NCBI RefSeq assembly: GCF_009914755.1
Contig: NC_060936.1
Origin: the human T2T-CHM13v2.0 reference genome, Homo sapiens
DNA length: 64,000 bases
Strand: one strand, 5' to 3'
Shown here piece by piece: positions 45,087 through 62,389 of this stretch. Positions within the stretch are counted from its first letter, which is position 1, and every line of letters starts with the position of its first letter. The notes beneath the pieces were generated by a model. It was not told where the DNA came from, searched no databases, and saw only the letters and a program-made list of their open reading frames with translations. Both the position numbers and the translations under genes were made by a program.

Positions 45087-46181
45087 TTTTATACCTTTTT
45101 GTCCTTCCTTTCGTCTCTTACTGGCTTCCTTTGTGTTTCATTAATTTTTTGTAGCAACAAGTTTTGACTCCTTTTTTATTTCCTTTCGTGTGTATTCTAT
45201 AGGTATTTTTGTGGGTACTATTTCAATTACATACAACATCTGAAAGGTATGGCATTCTATTTTAAATTGAAACAAGTTACTTTCAATCACATCAAAAAAC
45301 TGCTGCTTTACAGCTCCATCCCTGACTTTCTATCATTAATGTTACAAAATACATTTTTACATATTATACACCCATTAACATAGATTTACAATTATTTTTA
45401 ATGTTTTTAAATTTCATGCACCAGAATTACTATAATACAGGTTACTGTATTAGTCCATGTATTTAGATTACTAGAGAGCCTTATATTTTTGTATGGCTTA
45501 ATATTGCTATCTACTGTCCCTTTGTTTCAACTTGAAGGATTCCTTTTGGCATTTCTTACAGAGCATGTCTAGTGGTAATAAACTCCTTCAGCTTTTTTTT
45601 TAATCTGGAAAAGTCTTTATTTCTCCTTTATCTTTATATCTGAAGTATAGTTTTGCTGAAAACAATATTCTTCCTTAACAATTTTTTTTCTTTTAGCATA
45701 TTGAATATATCATCACACTCCCTCAGACCTGCAAGGCTTCTGCTGAGAAATCCACTGATATTCTTATTAAAATTTCCTAGCTTGCAATAAGTCACTTTTC
45801 TTTTGCTTCTTTCAAAATTATTTATTTTTCTTTGATTTTAGACAGTTTGATTATGTTGTGTCTTGTGTCTTGGGATGGTTATCTTGGGTTTATCCTGGTT
45901 GTATTTCTTTGAGTTTCTTGAATTTGTCTGCCCATTTTCTGCTCAGATGTAGCAAGTTTTTCAACCATTATTTTTTCAAATAATCTATGTGCCCCTTTTT
46001 TTCTATTTTCTCCTTCTGACGTTCCCATAATGTATAGATTGGCCTGTACAGATCAAGCATATAGTGTTTCATACATCCCTTAGGGTTTCTTTACTTTCCT
46101 TCTTTCCTTTTTCCTCATTTGAATCAATTATTTCAAATGATCTACCTTCAAAGTCACGGATTCTGTCTTCTGCCTGATCAA

Positions 46182-46607
46182 GTCTTCTGTTGAATCCCTC
46201 TAGTGATTTTTTCTATCTAATTATTGTGTTTTTCTGCTCCAAAAATTTGTTTGGTATTTAAAAATCAATTTCTAACCCTTTGTTAATATTCTCATTTTGT
46301 TCATTTGTTATTTTTCTGATTTTACTTAGTTGTATATCTGGGTTCTTTTTCAGTTTTATAAACATCTTTATAATATTTATTTTAAATTATTTATTTCAGT
46401 GCATAGATACGTATTTCTTTAGGGTAGGTTTCTGGAGTTTAATTTTAGGCCTTTGTACCATGTTTTCCTGTTTCTTCATATGCATTGTAATCTTTTGTAA
46501 ATTGTAAAGCAATTTTTTTGTAAATTATAAAAAAAAAAACAAATTTCTGGAGCTGAAAAATACAGTAACAGGACTGAAAAATTCACTAGAGGGGTTCCAC
46601 AGAAGAC
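46182..46607. repeat. Local inverted repeat, 71-bp arms (46182-46252 and 46537-46607)
   Basis: Hand alignment gives 59/71 identity to the reverse complement, without gaps. Confidence 0.8.
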
Positions 46608-48692
46608 GTCATTGTTGTAATTTTTTTGTTGAGATTTGGGCATTTGAAATACATGACCACCTTTCTGAGACTTTGCATGCTAGCCTTGTGCAGGGAATAA
46701 TAAACTTCACTAATAAACTCAGAGGTCCTAGGACCTCTCAAAACTTTTCTTATCTCTTGCTCCTGCTGGCATCTGCTCAGAGAACTATAGCTCTAATATG
46801 CTGCAGTGTTATCGTCTGTTTTCAGTGGCTTCCATATTATGCCGCTGGTCCTGTCAGCACCTGGAGTTAGGAGAGACAGAAACTAGTCTTTTGTGTAGCC
46901 CCCAAACAAGCTAGAATGTAGATACACGGTCTATTCTTATGTTTCCAACGAAACCTTGTTGTTAACTCAGTGTCTCTGTCAGGGAAAGAGAGCGTAAAGA
47001 TTCCTAGTCTGTCATTTTGTTGACATCACTCTATGAAACTGTATTCTATAAAGTAAATGACTACCTCAAATTTATGTGTTTTGTAAATCTCTATTGTTTT
47101 AAGTGATTTTTTCTTAAAATTGAATACACTACCATAAGATTCTCACTACTTCTTGCTCTTCACCTTTCTTGGAGAACCTATGCTTGTATTACTAGTAGTG
47201 TTTTAACACACTACCTTCCCAGTACATTTGTCTCTTCCCTTTACATATTACAAACTGTAAGTGAAGTTGCCAGCCAATGTCTTCTGTGTCAAGCTATTCA
47301 TTCTACCTGTTTGGGAAAACATTATTTTCATTAAAGCTATAGCTGCAAAATATGTTTTTAACCAATTTCTTAAATGCCAACATATTTCTTATTGGGCTTT
47401 TCGAATCCAAGAATTGAATTTTATGATCCAAGCATTGTGAATGAACAAGTCACCTGTGTTTTACTATTACTTTATAAGCAGATTCAATCATGGCCTAAAC
47501 AAGAGATTCCTGGTTCTTAGATTCTTGCCAAAACTTATTTTGTATCTCAGCTATTAGTTGGTGAATTGCAGGGCACTAAATGGTTTCCACAGACCCTGAT
47601 AAAAATTTGAGTACCTCTCTAAGGAAGCTATTTTCTAGTATGCTGCTTTTATTAATACCTTACCACTAATAAACACTGAGTGCTGTGAGTATAGAACATG
47701 AGATAGGACAATTTTCATTTTTGAAAATCTGAACTGCCAAGAAAACACCACCTCCCTCTTGGCCTGCTCCAATATAGTTGGGGAGGTGCTACAGTTTTTG
47801 TGTGGGTAAGCAACTTTTCGTTTTTGGTTATGAGAAGACGGGACTTGCACTTATTCCTTCCCCCATTGAATTGTCATTTCAGTCAGAATGCCTCAAGTAA
47901 ACTTTCCAAGAGAGTGGAACACTAGCAGATTATTTTTCCATTCAGATTTGGGGTTTTTGTTTGTTTCATTCTTTTTTTAGAGATTGTGTCTGAGATAGCT
48001 GAAAAATTATTCGGGAGATTAGTCTATGAATCTGAGCATTGAGTTTATGTTGCCTCTCATTCCTCGTTTCGCTTTTGCAACTTCTGCCCTATAACTAACA
48101 ATAGCAGAAGCAGCAGTGCTGGTCTGATGTATCTGACAGATTCTGTTTTGCACAGATTACCGTTTCTAGCCTCGGCTGCTTCACCTGGCACAAAAATAGA
48201 ATCATCTTGAGATCTTCACTAAGGAGCCTATTCTTATACTGTTTCCAGACAAGCTGTTGCTATCTTAATGTATCTTCAGTAAGCCTCCTGGTCAAAGCAA
48301 TTTTTACATGACGTCAAATGGAAGACAAGACTGTATTTGCAGAAACTAGCAGTGGAAGTCTGGCTCCTAGAAATTGACTATTTATAATGTGTCAACTGGA
48401 TGGCCTACCAGGTGTGCCCCAGCCTAATTTTGTCTGTATTGTTTTATTACTCACTTTTGTCTCTTTTTATTTTCTTACCTTATCTTTCTTTTTCTCTCCT
48501 CTGCTCTCCAGACACAAAGATTTCCAGGGATAGTAAGATCATGGTTTACAGCCATGTTCAAATAACCCTCCTTCTAAGCTTTTTCAAGGGCTAAAACCAG
48601 CTGCACCAAAATTGTCCCTGTGGTATCTTCCTCCCAGTCACAAAGCTCTTCTTCTGCAGTTTTCTTTCTTTAGCTAAGAAAAACAATCATCA

Positions 48693-53704
<5,012 letters not shown>

Positions 53705-56206
53705 AAGAAAAACAATCATCAAATTAACAAGTTAATGATTGAGATATCAAAAGGTACTATCACCTTGAGGAATATTTACAAGTTAGAAGTGTGTACAGGA
53801 GAGGCCTGGTACCTAACCAATGTCTGCATTGCAGATGCCTTCCTAACTGTGTGTTGGGGTGGGAGATAAAGAAGGAAAGGGTGTTACTCTAGAGTGACCA
53901 CAGGCTCCACATTTACATGTCAACCCAAACCTGCTTTCTGCTCCTTCCAGATGCCCATGTTATTTGCAGTTGGCCTATTTGTCAAGTTGCTTCATACCCA
54001 CAGAGCATCCGTAGAATCATCTGGGTTTCCTCTGACTGTATGGGGGTTGTTACTTCTATCACCTCTGGGGCACCAAAAGTAAAAGAGAACTAAGTAACTT
54101 AGGTAGCACTGAGCAGTTCTCAGCTGTGATTTTGGATGATGGAGATGAGGGTGTTGGAGGATGAAGGGAAGCGTTAAAATTTCCAAGTCTTCCTACTTTT
54201 ATTTTAGAAAGTCAAAAGCTTTGTCGATGAAGTGAATGAGATGATCATGCTAGCTGAGTATAGGCTGCAACTTTCTTCATTCCAGACACATTCTGGAATA
54301 AGATTCCACAGCATAAGAAGCTTCCCTTGGGCCTGAGATGAAAACAAGGTCATTTTCCCAGGGGAGTAACCCATCGAGCAAGCGTTTAAAATAAACAAAC
54401 GGCTTGGCTCTAGCTTGAAACAAGCAGTAGTTATCAAGATTTACTGCAACTGACTTTGGACCTCATCCAAATGTTGAATTAATGCAAGCTTCTTTCTAAC
54501 TAAAATGGAGTTTCCTTTTTGGTAGATGCAATATAAAAACTCCTTTTCTCACATTCTGGTAGACTCAATTGTACTGTCACCCCCAACATGGGTCACTACC
54601 AGTTGTAGCAAGAGAAGCAGTACTTTCTGTAAGCATTGTTTAAGAGGTCTGATTTCAACTCTCATAAAACAAAGAAGCACAATTCATTTATAATATGCAA
54701 GCTTAGGACAGACTTCCAAACAAGTTTTTTTTTTTTTTTTTTAACAATGTAGCAACTCTCAGTTAAAATCCCACCATATATATAGTATGTGGTTTTAATT
54801 GTATAATACCTGTAATATATGCAATTTTGGTAAATACGGTATGATCTTAATATTTTTTTCCAAACAACTGTATTATACAGTAGAAAAAGCAGTGTACTTT
54901 GAGTAAAGCAAACTAATTTGAACTTCTCCTAAACAACTTTTCCTTTAGGATCCTAATCTGATAAATGAAGAGGGCTGACAATCTCAGAGTTTCCTTTTAA
55001 TTGTAACAGTCAAAGAGTCTATAGTTTTTCATTCTTTTCTACAAGGTGAGAAATGACTTAGCATTTCTAAGGAACCTCAGCTCTTCTACGCATGCTCTAC
55101 TAACGTGCATTTAAATATAGGGATGCACAAATGAAGATGTGATTGGGGCTTGAGGCTCAGATTTCACAGTTACTGAATAATTGAAGCTTTGGAGTGAATG
55201 AGATTGTCTTGTTTTGGGAGAATGAAAAGACACAGGATAGAGAGGCAATAACTAAGAGTGCAAAACCTAAATATCACTAGGACAATGGACAAAGTGACCA
55301 CTTTTTAAAAAATGTCAACTAAATATAAGATATGGCAGGAAGTAGATAAAGTGAGACTATGGGACCAGTACTTAGATTGGCTACAAGGATCCAGGATTAC
55401 AGGTTAATGGTGTAGAGGAGGCTCTGGTAGCCTAACACCTAGAGTTCTTCTTAGACTTGCACATATAAGAGGATGCTTAGGGAGATTTTTCTCAGAATTG
55501 GCAACTAGGGCTCTACTCCTGGGGTCAAAGAGTATTACATACCACTATGTCCTATTAAGCGAGGGAAAACTTATATCCTCTTTACCCTGAACCCCTTAGC
55601 ACTTATAATAGATGACAAAACCTGCCTCTGGTCACAGCCCTCAAACCTTCCTGCACTTTCTGTGCTTGTACAAGAAGACTGTGAGATGAGGGATAGTGGT
55701 TAAAGTCAAGTAGCATCAGATTGGTGGGAAGTTCTGTGGTTTTTCCTCCTACTCTCTATGAGACCAGTTTAACAGAATCATTCATGAAGCTTAGGGGTGT
55801 CTGTAAAATATGAAGACTGCCATCACATGCTCTGAAGGATGTTTCCTAACTTGCAGAACTTACAGGTCCTCTCAGATGGAGAGGGTGGGCCACTTTTTGA
55901 CAAGCCTTTACTTGTGTTCCCTAGAATCTGCAAGGAGTACATGAATATAAACTCTAGCGTCAGCTTGTCATTTGGAGAAGGTATAAGGCTTGCTGGAATT
56001 GATTGTGACAACAGAGAGAAGAAACAGTGGTATAGTGCCCCTGGGAAAGTGGGAATGACCCCTCACCCCAGACAGGTTTTTTGTGGCCATTGCAAGATGC
56101 AGAAGAGAACTTCAATTCTTTTGAAGCTCCACATGAAGAACGAAGTGAAGGAAGATAGAGAATAAGGTAGGAGGATGGGAGTGGTCCAGGCTTACCCAAA
56201 GGAGAC

Positions 56207-56763
56207 TGTTACAGATTGGAGTCTAAGATGGCCCCTAGTGACCTCAGCTTCCCTGTATTTACAACCTGTTACTCTCTTCTATCCAACAGAATATAGTAAA
56301 GATGATGGAATGTCACCTCCAGTATTTCATTATCAAGATCATAATTTGCACCTTGCTAGCAAACTCTCTCCATTGCTTTCTTGGCTTGCATGCTTTGATG
56401 AAGCAAGCATCCCTGTTGGGAGGCTCTTGCAGCAAGGAATTGCAGGTGGCCTCTGGCCAACAATCAGCTAGAAACTGGTCCTCAGTCCAATAGGTGCCAA
56501 GAACTTGAATTTTGCCCACAACCACATGAGCTTAGAAGCAAATCCTTTCCTAGCCAAGTGTTTAGATGAGACTTGCTTAATTAAGCCTCATGAGAGAACC
56601 TGGCTGACACCTTGTTTGAGCCTGATGAGAGAGCCTGCATCAGAGGATCCAGTTGCACCATGCCTAAATTTCTGAACCTCAGAAACTGCAAGATAATAAA
56701 TGTTTCCTGTTTTAAACCATTGCATTGTGGTAATTTGTTATAGAGCAATAGATAACTAGTACA
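56207..56763 (+). mobile_element. MLT1E-like solo LTR
   Basis: TG...CA termini, 5-bp TSD gagac on both sides, 'ggctgacaccttg', 'gtggtaatttgttatagagcaatagataactagtaca'. Confidence 0.85.
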
Positions 56764-57253
56764 GAGACAGTGAAGGCATGGCCACTGGCAAAAAATAGAG
56801 AGTAGAAAGCCCCTTGCTGATGGGGTGCTTAGTAATGTAATAACAGTGCTAAGTCATCCCAAGAAAAATACATACACATCTTGTGGGTAGAGAGCACGAC
56901 ATTGGCAGACGCCACTAGAAACAGATGGAAACATATTGGATACCAGTTACATAATATATTTTCTACCAGCTCTTTTATTCCCTCCTCTCCTTAACACCCA
57001 GGGTGTCAAAAAGGAAGAGGAAAGCGATGTTCTAGCAATAGGCTGTTCCTCCAAGGTGAGAGAAGGGGAGAGGGATAAAAAGAGCAGACTACTCCCACCC
57101 CACCCATTCACTTCAAATCTTTTGGGCCACAGCCTTTCCAGTGATAGGGGAGTAAAAGTTTTCCATCTGATATATTATTGGAATTTTTAAGTAGACAAAG
57201 TTTTTGGAAGTCCAGAGATTTTTCTGCCCAACCTGGGAAGAAATTTGACATAG

Positions 57254-58544
57254 CATATACATAGGAAATGCTTGGAGAAAAATCAATGTGTTTTATATAT
57301 ATAATCCACCAAATTTAAACTCTTCAATTAACAAGTCACATATGAGTGCAGCCAAAAAGAAGTTTAAGGCTCTGAAAACCACAAGATGCTTTGGGAAGAG
57401 GCTTTAGACTCTGAGCTGTGACAAAATGCTTCAACATTTGAGATGCACCAAGAACTGCCTTTGTCTTCCAACACAGCCAATTAATATAACATGGAAATTC
57501 TCAAATGTTTGACAGCAGTTTGTCCATACCTGTACATAGACTCTGAGGAAGCCTGTCTAGAAGGTTTCTTGAATTATATATACCTGAGTCAAATCAGGAT
57601 TTTGAATCATGGCAAGGTGGAAAAAGAAAAGGTCTTTCTAGAGAACAGCAAGAGGGGTAAGATTTAGCCTGTATAAAGGAAATAAATGACAGGAGGAGGG
57701 AGACTGATGGATTCAGAAGGGAGATTAGTGAATGTCAAAGTGAGGAATCTGAATTTAAGAAGGAAAGAGAACACCTTGGAGTTTTTTGAAGAAAAAATAT
57801 GATCGTAGTTTCACTTCTATGAAAATTTCATTGCTAGTATGTTGAATGAGTGGGAAAAAAGGGTTGAAGATCAGATCAGAGTTCATTGCAATAGCCCAGG
57901 CAGCAGGTAATGAGGGCCTGGACAAGAATAAAGATAGTGTAAAAAGAGACAGATGCACGGGACATTGTGCTAGAGGAAATCTGTGATATTTGGAGACTGA
58001 TTTATTAAGAAGGCCAGGGATAATTTAGGGGATAAGAAAAAGCAACTATAATTCAACACTGGTTCTCACCATCAAAAGATTACAGATGAGGGGGTGACTC
58101 CTAGAAAATACACAGAATTTGTTTTTTGCTATGTTGAGCATGCTCTCCAGCAGAATGTTTACAGTAGGTATTGAGTTAGAGGAATAAATGTATGTGTGTG
58201 GAGTGGCATCTAAATAGACAACTCAGATGAAACCACAGAAATAGATGGCCTGTGAGAGGGTCAGAAAGGTCAGGAGAACACCCTGCAAAGTAGATCACTG
58301 AAGCCCTAAAAGATAAGAACTTCCCAAAGGATGAGAGTGATCAGTAGTATTAAGTGGTAAAGAACACTAAGACATTGTGTTCAGTTTCATATTATGTTTT
58401 AAGATGATTCAAAATCCTGATTTCAGAGCCTTAATCTTCTTTTTGGCTGCACTCATATGTGGCTTATTAATTGAAGAGTTTAAATTTGGTGGATTGTATA
58501 CATAAAACACATTGATTTTTCTCCAAGCATTTCCTATGTATATG
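57254..58544. repeat. Non-TE inverted repeat: 124-bp arms (57254-57377 / 58421-58544) plus 20-bp arms (57591-57610 / 58404-58423)
   Basis: Hand alignment gives 119/124 and 20/20 identity to the reverse complement, without gaps. Confidence 0.95.
57620..58380 (-). mobile_element. Old L2 fragments
   Basis: Purine-rich degenerate L2-like sequence ('ttgcaatagcccaggcagcaggtaatgagggcctggac', 'atatttggagactgatt'). Confidence 0.5.
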
Positions 58545-59080
58545 GAGGTAAAAACTAGTCAATAAATCCAGTTAAAGGCAAGAAAGGTAAAAATAAAACA
58601 AATACATAAAACAGGGGGTGGAAAATCACATAATTAAGTTGAATTGTGCCAACAACAAAAGAGAGACACCTCTTGAAATGTGCACTATAGGGATTCTAGC
58701 GAATTAAAGTTAAATATAGTTTTGGTATTTGGTCAATTTTAGGTAGAATAGTCAAGCTATTTATTTACATCTACTTTTAAAATTCAAGTCAAATTCATAG
58801 TATGGTTCCCTTAGACCTATTAGATGCCCATATACATGGAACCATTTATTTTACTCAAAAAACAAAAAGAAAAAAAATCTTTGTCACTGATTTTTCTCTT
58901 AGAATTATGTGATTTATCTGCCTTTTCAACTACTAATTGGTACCATTGACTATCACAAAATAAATTCTTATATCAATGATTAGCTCCATAGAGACATCCT
59001 TTAAACCCTAAATCCAACAGAACTGTGAATTCCTTTGTAAAATCTTAGCATTAATTCTTGTGATATTTCTTGCCTTTTAA

Positions 59081-59626
59081 TTCAGTGTATCAGCTGTTGA
59101 CTCAACTACACTTTTCTTGTCACAGTAATGAAATATAAGATGAATGTAAAGAAGCCCATTGCTAGAGAAAATTGTAGTCTAAGCGATAAGGGAAGGTTAA
59201 AAATAACAAAGCAGAACCTGGCAAGGGCCAGGTAACCAAAGCAGAATAAATGGCATTGATTAATTAATTCATATATTTATCAAGCAAGGATTGGAACTGT
59301 TAAATATTGGAAACACAATAGTAAGCAAGATAGAAAATGTTCCTGGCCTCATGGAACTTGTAATCTTATGCTTCGGTTACCCTCCTTGCCCATCTCTGCC
59401 TGTTGAAATAGTGTCCATCATTCAAGACCCATCTCAAAGTCTTTTCATTCTTTGGACTTAATCTCTAAAAGCTATTCTCACATTAAAAATGTTCACATAG
59501 TCCTTTGTTTGCACAACACCTGGTACGGCCCTTGCCAGGTTCTGCTTCGTTATTTTTAAACTTCCATTATCGCTTCCATTACTACGAGAAGAAAAGTGTA
59601 GTTGAGTCAACAGCTGATAAATTGAA
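59081..59626. repeat. Non-TE bipartite inverted repeat (59081-59130 / 59577-59626 and 59181-59229 / 59527-59575)
   Basis: Hand alignment gives 45/50 and 46/49 identity to the reverse complement. Confidence 0.93.
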
Positions 59627-59639
59627 AAAGGATTGGCCC

Positions 59640-59750
59640 TAATGTGGTCATTATTGAGGGGGTGATTACTATGTGCAGTTCATTATACTAAGCTCTCCAC
59701 TTTTGTATATGTTTGAAATTTTCTGTAACAAAAGGCTAAAAAGAGAAAAG
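59640..59750 (+). mobile_element. L1ME-like extreme 3' end
   Basis: 'gttcattatactaagctctccacttttgtatatgtttgaaattttctgtaacaaaa'. Confidence 0.55.
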
Positions 59751-61319
59751 AATCACATTTTTCCTCAATAAAACACAATTGGTTTAAAGGGTAATTTGCA
59801 AAAGGAATTCTGGGGCAGAATAATTTTACTTTGAATAACCACACAGGAAATCTTTTATTCAAATGTCAAAAATTTCATTTAAATTTGATAAGTTCCCTCT
59901 TGTTTCTTAGTTATATTTACCATATTCACCATTCCAGCATTCCGGATTAAGCTTTCTATGTTTCCCTGTAGCTTGTCTCCATTACAACACACATTTCTAC
60001 AGCTACTGCAATGTTCTGAAAAACCTAGTTCCCCGTTCTTGAAATGAGTTCACCTTCTCTCCCAAATCCAGGGTAATACTATTGAGCTACAAAGACAAAA
60101 GTCATGCTAGAAATCCTTTCTGCTTACGAGTAGTTCCACCTAAAATGGAAATACTGTAAGTTGAATTATGTGTCTGGGTGATTTTTTAAAAAAGATTTAT
60201 GGTGCATGTCAAATTAGGCCCTTTAGAGAGTGCCAAAATTGTGACCTGTCAAAGAAATATATTCATATAATTATAAACGTAAATTGCAACCAAATGTTAA
60301 GAAACTTCAAAGCATGTTGAATAAAACTTTAATTCAAATGCTCAACTCCATCCGTCTTCTTTGTCTATCACTTGTGGTAGCCCAAGTTATCTGAGGGCCC
60401 AAAGTACCATTGGCATTCCTAGAAGTCTCAGGCACTAGTTCCCCAGTTACTTACAGTGCAAATTATTGTCTGTCTGCAGACCAGTACAGATCTACTACAG
60501 CTCTGCAATGTCCCGAAATTGCTGTCTGCTCTGGCTTCTGTTCCCAGCCACTAGCTACCACCTCTGAACTTTGGATAGTTCCTGACTTTTGTTGCAAAAC
60601 CCCTGTTTAGCGACTCTATACCTTCTTTTGAGTGAATCTGGGTAATAGGTCTCAGCTGTGATTGGTTTTCCCAGCAACTCCATTCTATCCTCTTTATCTT
60701 TTCCAGGAATTTCTAAAAATTTCTTTTCCACTGATAAGCCTTTCTTGTTTACCCAGGCTGCAGTAGATTAAGTGTGATTTTAATTTTTTTTTTTTGGGGG
60801 TTATTTCAAAGATAAGGGGATCAGCTGAAGGGATAGCTTACCATTTTGGGCTAAAAATCCTTCTCAGGCTCACTCTGTTTTCTAATGATTCTCTGGTTCT
60901 AAATTACTTAACCTCTGAGTGTACCTTCGTAGCCTCTGCTATAAAGCAGAGGAATATCAGAGAATCAGAGAAAGGGGTTTGATAGCCACTCTTGTTATCT
61001 CTTTTCCTGGCTTAAAATACTGAGCTCTAAGATATTCATGTTGTTTATGAAATTAGACACATGACTTGAGGAAGTGGTACCTTATGAGTTGAAGGCTGGG
61101 TAGGAGTTAACATTTTTGGTAGAAGATGGGGCCCATCCCTTATTGTTTTCCCGTGTAGTCACGATGGTTATTTTAGGACCATATAGAATAAATTCACTGG
61201 TTCTTTCCTTTTCATTCGTTCTTTATTGCCCTGTCTGTTAGAGTCTCTTTATTTCCTGCCCTTTAATTGACACTACCTTAGGAGCACCACCATACTTCTC
61301 CTGCTGCTCCTGCTAAAAT

Positions 61320-61635
61320 AATATTAATAGTAATCATAATAGTTAAGATTTATTGAGCACTTACTATATTCCAGACACTGTGCTGAACACATTCTCATCA
61401 ATACTTCAAAATAACTATATATATACATATAGTATAATAAGTATATGTATATTATATATAATATATAGCATACCATATAGTATATATAATAATATAAACT
61501 AAGTACTATAATACTAATTTACTCAATATATTAAGTAAATTGAGGCTCAGGGGAACTTGTTCAGGGTCCCACTACTGTAAGTGGCAGAGAAGCCAGGGCT
61601 GCCTGACTCCAAAGTTCCTGCGTGTAACCACTGTC
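61320..61635 (-). mobile_element. MIR with an internal AT-rich (TA)n expansion
   Basis: 'atttattgagcacttactatattccagacactgtgct...aaattgaggctcagggg aacttgttcagggtc...gtggcagag...ctgactccaaag'. Confidence 0.7.
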
Positions 61636-61789
61636 TTGTAATATATCTTTGCAGGCACTTTTTGGTAAATGTCTTTGTTAGGCTATAGTCTATAGGCACC
61701 TTGTGGTGACTTGGTTTATAATTTGTATCCCCAGGTTTTATCACAATGCCTGGTACAGAGCATTGTGTAGTAGTAGTCCTGTAGTAGTT

Positions 61790-62370
61790 CTGTAGTAGTC
61801 CATTGTATAAACATATTGATACTTACATATCCATTTTATTGTAAATGGACATTTGGGTTGTTCCCAGTTTGGACCTATAGTAACAGTGATACTATAAAAA
61901 TTTTTTATATAAGTATCTGTAGATGTACCTAAAGTGGAACTGCTAAGTCATAGCATTTGTTGTATTTTATTTTACAAGACTCTGCCAAACAGTTTTTCAG
62001 AGCAGTTATGACAATACACTCTCCCGCTTGTAGTATGTTTAAGTTCCAGTTGCTCCTCATCCTTTTCAACACTTGCCCTTATCTTTTTCAGTTTAACCAT
62101 TCTGGTAGTGTGTAATGGCATTACATTGTGCTTTTCACTTGCATTAGATTACTACTGAGATCAAGTACCTTTGGATATGTGTGTTGGCTTTCTGGATTCT
62201 CTTTTTTGTGATGTAATTTTTTCCTATTGTTTGTCAATTATTTCTATTTGGGTGCCCAAGTTTATTTTACTGATTTCTAAGAGTTTTTTATACATTCTAG
62301 AGATGAATTTTTGTAGAATATGAAATTGAAGATATCTTCTGCCATTCTGTGGGTTACCTTTGCATTTGAT
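61790..62370 (-). mobile_element. L1ME-like fragment
   Basis: 'atggacatttgggttgttcccagttt...aaagtggaactgct...gttccagttgctcctcatcc...aacacttg'. Confidence 0.65.
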
Positions 62371-62389
62371 AATTTAGCATTTTTATTAT

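Larger units (their letters stand above)
40834..47031 (-). mobile_element. End-to-end ancient L1MB (L1MB1/2-like), about 6.2 kb, non-coding
   Basis: 3'UTR 'aacagatcttcagaactttttt atcttgtaaaactgaaactc'; ORF2 endonuclease remnant 44535-44720 (THRLKLKGWKKILHANSNQKEAEVAILISDK); 5' terminus reads gagtgatgtcaacaaaatgacagactagg on the minus strand; TSD tatgaaa(t/c)tgt(c/a)tt at 40820-40833 and 47032-47045. Confidence 0.88.

Noticed and set aside
55839-56165. 108-aa ATG-initiated ORF outside recognised repeats
   Set aside because: No recognisable domain, promoter or splice support; the length is compatible with chance in 64 kb, and it may be decayed LTR-element sequence.
57378-57590. Idea that the segments skipped in the inverted copies are spliced introns (retrocopy origin)
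   Set aside because: Neither skipped segment has GT..AG ends on either strand, and the copies have no poly(A) or TSD.
61415-61530. AT-rich quasi-palindromic tract
   Set aside because: Ordinary degenerate (TA)n expansion inside a MIR.
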